Below the pieces are notes generated by a model. That model saw only the letters and a program-made list of their open reading frames with translations, made no database searches and had not been told where the DNA came from. A program made the position numbers and the translations under genes. A stretch of DNA of 64,000 nt from Amphiscolops sp. MND2022 (lineage: Eukaryota): assembly GCA_964187785.1 (NCBI GenBank), contig OZ076409.1, positions 95,978,001-96,042,000 of the forward strand, given 5' to 3'. Every line of letters begins with the position of its first letter. Position 1 is the stretch's first letter. Shown here in pieces: positions 1 to 8,576 of this stretch.

Positions 1-2815
1 CTGGGCACTCATCCAGAGGATGCATAACGCCTGAGACATTGACCCAGGTGGAATAAATCCACACTAGAAGTGCTTGAATGTTTAAGTCCAGTTGCGCTTT
101 TAATTTCAAGGAACCCGCTGGGTCCAGAGTTTCAATGAGCGCAGATATCCAACTTCTTTGATTCTGCGAAAAGACTAGGAAGCTGAACAGGGCTGAGCCT
201 CCCTTGTTGAGCACGAACTTTTGTATGAGGGCTGACGGTCCTCTGTACATCATGGTCAACCCCACAGCCATCATATACGCTAGTATTTCACTAATGGTCG
301 CTCTTTCCATGGCCTCCATGTAAAGTCGCATTCGCTGCTCATCCAGGCCGTACTCGGCCTGTACTAGGGAAGGAAGCCAGAAGGGAGAGATGTTGTGGAG
401 AAATACGGGAAATGTTATGCCCAGTCGGTCCGCGACTTGGCCCAGAGGTTCTCGTAGTTGATCGTGCCATGTTTGGTACGTGTGTGTCGGCTCTTGAATA
501 TTCTTCTGTACAATGTCTTGAGCCAGTATCAACAGCATGGCTAATGTGGGTGATCTTTGCCCAGGTTCAGCATCCAATGATATTTGTGCTATGGGGAAGA
601 TGGAGGAATTCTTTCTATCACCTTGAATCGTTTCGGTTTCTTTCATTAGATTCGTGAGTTCCTTGTGAAACTTGGGTTCATGTGTTTTCTCGTCTATGGT
701 CGATTCGTCCCGGCGTTCAAACCAGAGGTTATCCACCAGGTTGTTGCGCTCACCTTCATTTGGATCATTCACGATTCGGTCTCCACGCTCGTTCAATGAT
801 CGACGAGCCATTTCCATCCCGTAGTCGAATGCTGTTGCTTCATCTACTACCATTTGGGAGTTTCCGCGGTAACCGACGTATGATTGAAGGGCCTTTGAGA
901 CTTCAGCAATGAAGGCTGGGTATGAGGCTTCACAAGGGCGCCAGCTATTATTGCTGATGCGTAAATTGGGGGCCACAATGTAGAAAGCCAGATCTCTTGC
1001 GTACGCTGCCTCCATTACTAGGTACAAGAATTGCTGAAGGGTCCGGGGAAGGTGCACGTAGCCTGGAGGTGACATAAATACCGTTCCAGTGATAGCTTTC
1101 CTTCTGCGCATAGTTTGGGCAATATTCGCCATTGCCTCCACGTAGTTGGTTACTTCGTCGGTGACGAACCCCTCAGTAAACCTTTCGTGGTCTGGTCGGA
1201 AAAATTCCAGGGTCCCTCGCAGAGCGAGGTGATCTATCACATTCGAATATACCAGCAACGGAGGTAATGGGATGGTCTCTGTTCCCGCTTGGGTGAATAC
1301 TTTGTCGGTCACCTCTGCCATTTCGTTCAGTGTTGTACAGGGCATGTTCATTATTCTGACATCCATGAGGGTATTGTGGGAGTTGAATGAAGACTTCATC
1401 GTCGAGTCGACGAAGAAGGCTATTCTGGTTTTCTGCAAAAGGTCCTTTCCCATGGGTAGGATTGTAATGGGGTCCCTCGCATAGTTTTTAGTTCGCAAGC
1501 GATCTTCGTCGAAGCGGCCAGGGCGCTGTCGGAGGAAGTTGTCAGGAACACGCATGTATGTTGAGTTTACTCTCTCCAATTCTGCTCGCATGCGGTTGAA
1601 CCATGGGGGGCATCCGTCTCGAGTGAACACTGGTTTCTTGACGGGGCGATTGTAGAGTACTCCCACTGTGGCTTTCTCTATTTTCTGCCTTGTGGCGAGG
1701 TCCCCAGTTCCCGTTGCGGTCTCGAATTTCTGTCGTAGAGGGTCTTCTGGTGACGTTGTGGTTGGTATTTCCCGCTGCAGACGCAGTGCGTCGCGTGCAG
1801 TGATATCCAGCTGCCGTTTTTCTGAATGTGTTAGGAGTTCGTGTGTTATTCTCGGTCTCCTTGTTTCTGGTTGTGTGGGTGAGGCAGACGAGGGTTGCGG
1901 GACACTGGTCGAGCTCGATTGTTTACCTTGCATGGTCGCCTCTCTGGCTCGCTTTCCAGCTTTTATTTTCTCCCGGAGGTCTACCACAGTGTTGGCTGCC
2001 TTGCTTTCAGCTTTTTGTTGTTCTCGCTGACGTTCTCGGAATTGTGGGTCCATTTGGAAGCCTACTAGGCTGGCTGGTTCTGAGGCTTGTAGAGGTTCCG
2101 AGACTTGTGATTCAGCTCTGGAGGACGTCTGAGTTAATTCTTCATATGAGTCCTTGAACGTTACCGTTCTCCTGGGTTGTTCTTCGCTCAGGGTAGCACT
2201 TGTTGTATTGTCTACTTGCACCCCTCCCCCCTGAAAGGTAGAAGGAGGCATGAAGGTAGAAGATGGGGTGGTCAGTAATCGAATGCCTTCCGATGCCAGG
2301 GGCATGGGCGGTGTCAGCACTGGGGGTGGCATGATTGGCAGTGTGCAGCTGAACTGCACCGGGTGCGGAGAGGGCAACGGGGTCGTAGTTTGCGTCTGTA
2401 ACGTCTGTAGTGCTGATTGTGAAATACGGAGTGATCGTTCTTGGTCCATGGGGGGCCTAGTAGGCTCTCCATAGACTACGTGGGAGCGAGGATCTATGAG
2501 GCTGTGGGTCAAGGCATACCCTCGCCAGGTACCGTCGCGAAAAGTGGCAGAGCGTTCTATCGGGCCGACTCGGCTGGTGATAGTGAAGCTAACATCAGGG
2601 TACTCTGCTTGAGCTTGGGTTTGGGCGATGATCATGGCGAAGCCAGTGATCATTGTGGGTGTCGCTCCGTTTAGTAGAGTGTCTTGGACAAGAGCTAGTT
2701 GGTCGACTCGACCATCTATTTCTCTCATCATTGGAGGTGGGTCGTTCCTTGCGGATGGTTGGGCACGCGCAGCGTTCTGGGGTGCAGGCAGGCGGTGTCG
2801 CGCAGATGGGTCCAT
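1..2815 (-). CDS. Element A ORF3 (>938 aa, open at window edge), unknown function, SGNH-like core
   Basis: Hand translation found no stop from ATG 2815 to position 1; absent from the ORF track. Contains RIAFFVDST, NMPC, YSNVIDH, FMSPPG, LQQFLY, VAPNLR, SYPAF, DYGM, which align with element C ORF3. Confidence 0.9.
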   Translation of the reverse strand, partial: MDPSARHRLPAPQNAARAQPSARNDPPPMMREIDGRVDQLALVQDTLLNGATPTMITGFAMIIAQTQAQAEYPDVSFTITSRVGPIERSATFRDGTWRGYALTHSLIDPRSHVVYGEPTRPPMDQERSLRISQSALQTLQTQTTTPLPSPHPVQFSCTLPIMPPPVLTPPMPLASEGIRLLTTPSSTFMPPSTFQGGGVQVDNTTSATLSEEQPRRTVTFKDSYEELTQTSSRAESQVSEPLQASEPASLVGFQMDPQFRERQREQQKAESKAANTVVDLREKIKAGKRAREATMQGKQSSSTSVPQPSSASPTQPETRRPRITHELLTHSEKRQLDITARDALRLQREIPTTTSPEDPLRQKFETATGTGDLATRQKIEKATVGVLYNRPVKKPVFTRDGCPPWFNRMRAELERVNSTYMRVPDNFLRQRPGRFDEDRLRTKNYARDPITILPMGKDLLQKTRIAFFVDSTMKSSFNSHNTLMDVRIMNMPCTTLNEMAEVTDKVFTQAGTETIPLPPLLVYSNVIDHLALRGTLEFFRPDHERFTEGFVTDEVTNYVEAMANIAQTMRRRKAITGTVFMSPPGYVHLPRTLQQFLYLVMEAAYARDLAFYIVAPNLRISNNSWRPCEASYPAFIAEVSKALQSYVGYRGNSQMVVDEATAFDYGMEMARRSLNERGDRIVNDPNEGERNNLVDNLWFERRDESTIDEKTHEPKFHKELTNLMKETETIQGDRKNSSIFPIAQISLDAEPGQRSPTLAMLLILAQDIVQKNIQEPTHTYQTWHDQLREPLGQVADRLGITFPVFLHNISPFWLPSLVQAEYGLDEQRMRLYMEAMERATISEILAYMMAVGLTMMYRGPSALIQKFVLNKGGSALFSFLVFSQNQRSWISALIETLDPAGSLKLKAQLDLNIQALLVWIYSTWVNVSGVMHPLDECP

Positions 2816-3146
2816 TGGAAACGATGATAAAGGAATGTTTAGCACCGAAGATTGTGATGGCAAGACTGATTTGGCGTGATAAGTAGGGGGGCCGCGCAGA
2901 GGCGAGGCAACAGGACAAAACTGAAAAACAGGTCACAGTTGGAGATAAGACATCACATAGACGGGTGGGCAGTTAAACTTTTTAGGACGAACACACAAAC
3001 ATAAGGTTAAAAAGTTTCCAGTGGTCAGGACTAAAATTTGCGCTTGTCGGCGCGGCTTTGTTGAAATTTTAAGGTGCTTCGAATTTACTAAAGGCAATGC
3101 AAAAGGCCAGTGGCCTGATCTGCCAATTAGAGAGCGAGACGTGCTC

Positions 3147-6100
3147 TTAACTACCGCCAAAATTGGCAGAGGTAATCGATGCTATCGTGACATAGACGCG
3201 ATCGTGCAAAATTATTGTAATGTTGTGGTCTGCAAAGTGGTCGCGTAGTGTGGCGTACCAGGCTGGAAGGAGGTTCATCGATCGCTCAGGATCATAGATG
3301 GGCAAGTGGATTCTGGTAATGTGGTTTTGATGGAGCTGGGTTATCAAATTTGTCAAACACGCATGGAGTACTTCATGTATGAGTGGATGCTTGTTCGATG
3401 CTCTGGTACATAGAAGGAAGATTTCGTTATTCCAGGGTGCAGTTGGCGAGCGGGTTAAGCGAATTGCGGTGCCAACTGACGGACTTAGACGAAATATGTT
3501 TTCTTGACCGTATTCGCGAATGACGTAACGGATTGTGGCAGAGTAAGAGAGCAAATCCGCAGGGCAGCATAGTATCACAGTGCCAGGTGCCTGCAGGATA
3601 TCTGTATTGTCATAACTTATCCAAGGTAAGTAATTCGGTCTGGTTTTGGGCTGGGTTATGAGCCATTTGCCGGTGGTTTTGCTCTGATCATCGGTGGGTC
3701 GGGGTGCCAAATGCTGCAAGATTGCTTTTCGGTCTTCCCAGACGGTTCGGCGTAGAGGTCTATCTCCCAAGTTTGTAGATGACCAATCGTGTACTATCGA
3801 GAGTGCTTCGCTAACTGTGACGGGTTTTTCCGGTGTATAAAATTGTCGATCCAAGAAGTGTATCTTCGCCTGTCGGCAGAAGACGACCGCTATTAATTGT
3901 AGCCAATGTTGGCTTAGGAACTTGCCACGATAAATATCGGCCATGTGGAAACAAAGCGTGTTCTCAGGTTCGGTTACCGTACGCAAGCTTTCTAAGCACA
4001 TCAGTAAAGTTGTGGGAGATACCAATGTCGTTGCGTCTAGAGAGGTGACAAGTAGCCACCATCCATTGGTGAGCTGATATATGTCTCCCGGCGGGGAGGC
4101 AATGTGATATTTCTCCCACAGTTGGTGTGCAGTGATACAGCGAATCATCTCCGGGCTACTATCCTCTTTCGCTAGCTCGCCGAACGTCATCGAGGGTGGC
4201 AAAGGCGGTATGATGGCATGTAGGGTGAATTCTAGACCGCCTCGATGGGGTGGTGTCCATTCCTTGAATCGGTAAGTCGGGCAGTCGGAGGGAGATGTCG
4301 CGTGCATTGCTTTGAGTGTTTCTTCCAGCGGTGGTATCACTTCTCGTTCCACACTAGTGAAAGTTTTTTCTACCGTGATGATCAAATGGTGTACTAGCGG
4401 GGGTGTCTCCACTTTTTCTCGCTGGGCTTGCACGGTTAAGATCTCATGTTGTGGGTGACAATGTGTCCTGGCCATCAAGAGATCCCTGGCAGGGACTACC
4501 GCTCCCCGGGCCAATCGGTTGTCCGGTGAATCGCGAGTTAGATGCTTGACGCAACTACAGTTGCGGGAACCACAGGTTCCACACTTGTATCGTGGTGCTC
4601 TATTAGCTCGCAGTTGATATCGTGATGTTCGCGATGGTGGTCTCGGTTCTGAGTCCTGGACATCTGGTGGTTGTTGGCTTTCGGGTATTTCTGGTAGAGT
4701 CATCGCTCGGTCTAATTTTCGAGGGGGTGCACGAGTGCTCATTCTTGTCCTAGAGCCTCTTCTGGATCGTGCGGTTTGGGTTCGCGACGATGTCGTGGTT
4801 CTACTGGATGGTATAGCGCGGGGTCGTCCTCGACCTGATGGTCGGCCTCGAGGCCGTCCTCTGCGATTCGTGGTATCGGGTTGTGTTGAGCAATGGCTTG
4901 GACTGCGATAGGTTATCTCTTCTTCGTTCTCAGTTTCTGACTTTGGTTTAATTTCTATCGGGTCGATTGGGTCCTCCAATTGGGGGCCAAACAAGGGAAA
5001 GTTACTCAGGGTGTCCGTTAGGGACGGATTGGATAGTAGGGGGGCTGAGGTCCCTGAGGGTGATGGTATCAGACTTGTAGGTACGGCTGGCTGAATTTCC
5101 TCCTGGTCGGAGTATAGTGGTTCTAGGTCGTCCAAGTCGGGGAACACTACTGGCGGTGGTGGGCTCTGGATCGGCGGCTCATTTTCCTCTCTTTCGGAAT
5201 CTGAGTTAGAGGGGTATCCGAAGTGGCTGAATCTTCTTCGGGGTATTCCTTGCTCGAGTGCCGTTTGGGTACGAGTCTGAATGGTACGAGGTGGAATCGA
5301 TCCTGTTGGTTCCATTTCGAAGGATGCTTCCGGAAGTTGTTCCGGTAGGAAAGAGTCTTGGGAGATGTCGGACGCTATCTCTTCATTGGTTTCTTCTACG
5401 TACGGATCAGCAATGATGGCTACGTTTTGATCCGGCCCAAAGGGCTGGTGTGCGGCCCAGTCCCAAGGGGCAGGCACGTGCTTTTTTAATCTTTCGTAAT
5501 GGACCTTTTGGCCTGTGTCTAACACATATAATCGTCCGTCCTGTAACACGTCAGTCACCTTGTGGGGTCCACGCCATGCGCGAATCAGCTTGCGGGTGCC
5601 ACCCTTGGGTATGATATGGCAGAATACCCACACCGCATCGCCTACGGCGTGCGCTTTGGCCTTCAGGTGGCGGTCAAACTTCAGCTTCTGCCGTAGCTGT
5701 GCTTGGTGTGTATTTCTTCTGACAAGTTCATGGATTTCTTGTTGTCTGGCTAGAAGATGTTCTACAAATTCTTCTTTGGAATCGAATCCTCGCGCAGCAA
5801 ATTCTGGGTAGATGAATGACAAGGGAATGGATTTCTCGGCTCCGTGTTGGAGCATATAGGGAGAGAATCCCGTGGTTGCGTGTCTAGTTGAATTGTACGC
5901 ACCGAGGATTCCATCAATGTACTCATCCCAATCCTGCATTCGTCGCGAAGTGTAGACTCTGAGCAGTGTGAGTAACGTTCGGTTCTGCCTTTCCACGAGT
6001 CCATTCCCTCGAGGATGCGCTGGAGTGGATGTCACTTTAGTGACTTGCGAGGCTTTCATTAGCTCCTGTGCGATTTCAGCTGTGAAATTCGTGGCATTGT

Positions 6101-8561
6101 CGGATTGCATGCGTGCTGGAGTGCCGTGCCTGGCAAACCATTTATTAAGGATGATCTTAGCTGTGGTTTGAGCATCATATTCGTCGTGGGCACACGGGAT
6201 AGCCTCGGCGAATTTCGTGAAGTGGTCTATCATGACCAAGAGACCGGTGTTCCCCGATTCGGTCTTGCATAGTTTGAGGTGGTCGAATTGTACTAAGTCG
6301 TTGAAGTTGCTGCTGTTGATGTTCTGCAAGGGGTAGCAGGGGTTCCCGGCGGGGTGTTTTGTTTGTTGGCAGGTTAAGCAGTGCTTGATGTGATTGACTA
6401 TGTCACGCTTGATGCCCGGCCAGGTGTGCCGCTCTTGTACTCTTGCTAGCACCTTCCCTACGCCTTGATGTCCCGATTCGTCGTGTGCCCTATACAGAAT
6501 CTCGTGTTGATATAGTTGTGGCATGACTATCATACACGGTCGCACGTGCAGCGCACGTTGTTGCGGAACATAGTTGACACAGAGGATGTCGTCTGGGTTC
6601 AGGAAGAGGAGGTCTTTTTTTTGATGGAAGTAGCGTCGCGCGAAGTCCTGCACGTCTTCGGGGAACATTGTGTCTTCCAGTGGTTCGTCGTTCATGAGTT
6701 TCTTCAGCGCTAGGAGGTGCACATCCCTATTTTGTGCTAGGTGCAGGTCCTTGAGGCCACGTCTAGTCAGAAAGTGTTCGTGCAGCTCCGTCCCGACTGT
6801 TCTAAGGGCGTGGGCTTGTCTTTGGCATTCGGGTGGCATCCCTTCAAGCATGGGATCAGGCTCTCCAGTGTCTAGGCGTGCCGGTGGCACTTCGGTCGTG
6901 ATGCTGAGGATGTGATTTGGTCGGTGATCCTCATCTGTGGTTGGAGTCGCTTCCCACTGTATTTGGGGGTACCATGGGGCATCATCCACCGGGGGTTCTT
7001 GCAAGCTCGTTTTGGGCCTTTTTCCCAAGATATACAGCAGTGGGAGTTGGGCTCGAGCTTCCGGTGGGAGCTCTGGATGGTTTGGTATTGGGCGTCCGTG
7101 TTTGTCAAAGTATGGCACGGTGGGGAGTGCTTCATAGTCTTCTTTGGTCATGAAGTTGAATCCTTCACTCACTTCCGGTAACTTCTCAAGGATTTTCTCT
7201 CGGTGCACATAGTCGTTGGTCCGTTTGCTGAGGCCGTCCACGTTTCGATGCTGTGTGCGAGGTCGGTGGATCGTCTTGAAGTTGTATTGATCCAGACGGG
7301 CTATCCAGCGACCTATCATGGCTTGGTCCATGGAGTACGTTTTAAGCCATGACAGGGCCTGATTGTCCACACGGAGCGTGAACTCTCGGCCTGCGAGATA
7401 TGAGTGGAATTTCTCTATGAAGTAAAATACTGCGTACATTTCCAACTTGGGTGCTCCATAGTTCAGCTGCGTCTTCGTTAAGGACTTGCTCCCGAAGACT
7501 ATTGGCCGTAAAATAGTTTTCCCATTGTGTTCCTGTTCCTGGTGCAGGATTCCAGCTATCGCTACCGCACTAGCATCGGTGTCGAGCACGAACCGTCCGT
7601 CTTCATTTGGGGCTGCCAAGGCGGTCGCGTTTGCTAGTGCTTCCTTTACTGCATCGAAGGCTTCTTGGTGTTTTATTTCCCAGTGGAAATGCTGACTCTT
7701 CTTGAGCAACTCCTGCAGGGGTTGTACTTTGGCTGCATGAAACGGTACAAAGTCTCGGTAATAGTTTGCGAACCCTAGGAAGCTCTGAAGCTCCTCTTTG
7801 TTTCTCGGGGGCATCCATTCTTGGATCTTGACTATTGCTTCGGGGTCTGGTCTGATGCCTTCCGAGGACACCACTCGCCCCAGGTACTTTGTCTCCGTGC
7901 GCATGAAGTCACATTTCTCGGCACGCATCTTGAATCCAGCCTCTCGGAGACACTCGAATACTTCCTTGATTCGTACGATGTGGTCTTCTATGGTTTCCGT
8001 GGTGATAACTATGTCGTCGATGTAAGCCATGACGACACTCCCGTGTCGTTGCTGGATCCGTTGCAGGGCACGTGTAATGGAGCGCTGGAATGTGGCCGAT
8101 GCATTGCATAGCCCAAAGGGCATGCGCCGCCATTCGAACAAGCCCAGTTCACAGGCAAATGCTGTTTTCCTTCTATCGCGCTTCTTTAGCGGTATCTGCC
8201 AGAAGGCCCACGCTAGGTCAATACTTGTGAAAATTTTTGCATTGCCTATCCGGGATAGACTTTCATCAATCCTGGGCAATGGGAACGCGTCCTTGACCGT
8301 TACGTCGTTGAGCGGTCGGAAGTCGCAACAGAAGCGAAGTTCGCCTGTTTTCTTTCTGACCATGACTATTCCGCTTGCCCACGGTGAATAGGAGGGTTGA
8401 ATTAGGCCAAGGGCCAGTAGATTCCGCACCTCTTGATTAGCCTTTGCTGCCTTATCTGGGGACATGCGCCGAGCGCCTTCTCTATGCGGGATAGCTTCTG
8501 GCTCTAGTTCTATACGATGTTTCGCTATTTTGCATCTCCCTATGTCAGCTTTATGTTTCAT
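3147..8561 (-). CDS. pol: Element A Pol: RT, RNase H, integrase, low-complexity linker, Cys cluster, macrodomain-like tail
   Basis: RT CDFRPLN and YIDD; RNase H DTDAS; integrase HHCC (HDESGH..CLTC), QFDH/SDNA/VER, WRGP motif. Confidence 0.95.
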   Translation of the reverse strand: MKHKADIGRCKIAKHRIELEPEAIPHREGARRMSPDKAAKANQEVRNLLALGLIQPSYSPWASGIVMVRKKTGELRFCCDFRPLNDVTVKDAFPLPRIDESLSRIGNAKIFTSIDLAWAFWQIPLKKRDRRKTAFACELGLFEWRRMPFGLCNASATFQRSITRALQRIQQRHGSVVMAYIDDIVITTETIEDHIVRIKEVFECLREAGFKMRAEKCDFMRTETKYLGRVVSSEGIRPDPEAIVKIQEWMPPRNKEELQSFLGFANYYRDFVPFHAAKVQPLQELLKKSQHFHWEIKHQEAFDAVKEALANATALAAPNEDGRFVLDTDASAVAIAGILHQEQEHNGKTILRPIVFGSKSLTKTQLNYGAPKLEMYAVFYFIEKFHSYLAGREFTLRVDNQALSWLKTYSMDQAMIGRWIARLDQYNFKTIHRPRTQHRNVDGLSKRTNDYVHREKILEKLPEVSEGFNFMTKEDYEALPTVPYFDKHGRPIPNHPELPPEARAQLPLLYILGKRPKTSLQEPPVDDAPWYPQIQWEATPTTDEDHRPNHILSITTEVPPARLDTGEPDPMLEGMPPECQRQAHALRTVGTELHEHFLTRRGLKDLHLAQNRDVHLLALKKLMNDEPLEDTMFPEDVQDFARRYFHQKKDLLFLNPDDILCVNYVPQQRALHVRPCMIVMPQLYQHEILYRAHDESGHQGVGKVLARVQERHTWPGIKRDIVNHIKHCLTCQQTKHPAGNPCYPLQNINSSNFNDLVQFDHLKLCKTESGNTGLLVMIDHFTKFAEAIPCAHDEYDAQTTAKIILNKWFARHGTPARMQSDNATNFTAEIAQELMKASQVTKVTSTPAHPRGNGLVERQNRTLLTLLRVYTSRRMQDWDEYIDGILGAYNSTRHATTGFSPYMLQHGAEKSIPLSFIYPEFAARGFDSKEEFVEHLLARQQEIHELVRRNTHQAQLRQKLKFDRHLKAKAHAVGDAVWVFCHIIPKGGTRKLIRAWRGPHKVTDVLQDGRLYVLDTGQKVHYERLKKHVPAPWDWAAHQPFGPDQNVAIIADPYVEETNEEIASDISQDSFLPEQLPEASFEMEPTGSIPPRTIQTRTQTALEQGIPRRRFSHFGYPSNSDSEREENEPPIQSPPPPVVFPDLDDLEPLYSDQEEIQPAVPTSLIPSPSGTSAPLLSNPSLTDTLSNFPLFGPQLEDPIDPIEIKPKSETENEEEITYRSPSHCSTQPDTTNRRGRPRGRPSGRGRPRAIPSSRTTTSSRTQTARSRRGSRTRMSTRAPPRKLDRAMTLPEIPESQQPPDVQDSEPRPPSRTSRYQLRANRAPRYKCGTCGSRNCSCVKHLTRDSPDNRLARGAVVPARDLLMARTHCHPQHEILTVQAQREKVETPPLVHHLIITVEKTFTSVEREVIPPLEETLKAMHATSPSDCPTYRFKEWTPPHRGGLEFTLHAIIPPLPPSMTFGELAKEDSSPEMIRCITAHQLWEKYHIASPPGDIYQLTNGWWLLVTSLDATTLVSPTTLLMCLESLRTVTEPENTLCFHMADIYRGKFLSQHWLQLIAVVFCRQAKIHFLDRQFYTPEKPVTVSEALSIVHDWSSTNLGDRPLRRTVWEDRKAILQHLAPRPTDDQSKTTGKWLITQPKTRPNYLPWISYDNTDILQAPGTVILCCPADLLSYSATIRYVIREYGQENIFRLSPSVGTAIRLTRSPTAPWNNEIFLLCTRASNKHPLIHEVLHACLTNLITQLHQNHITRIHLPIYDPERSMNLLPAWYATLRDHFADHNITIILHDRVYVTIASITSANFGGS

Positions 8562-8576
8562 AAAAAGGTCATCGTA

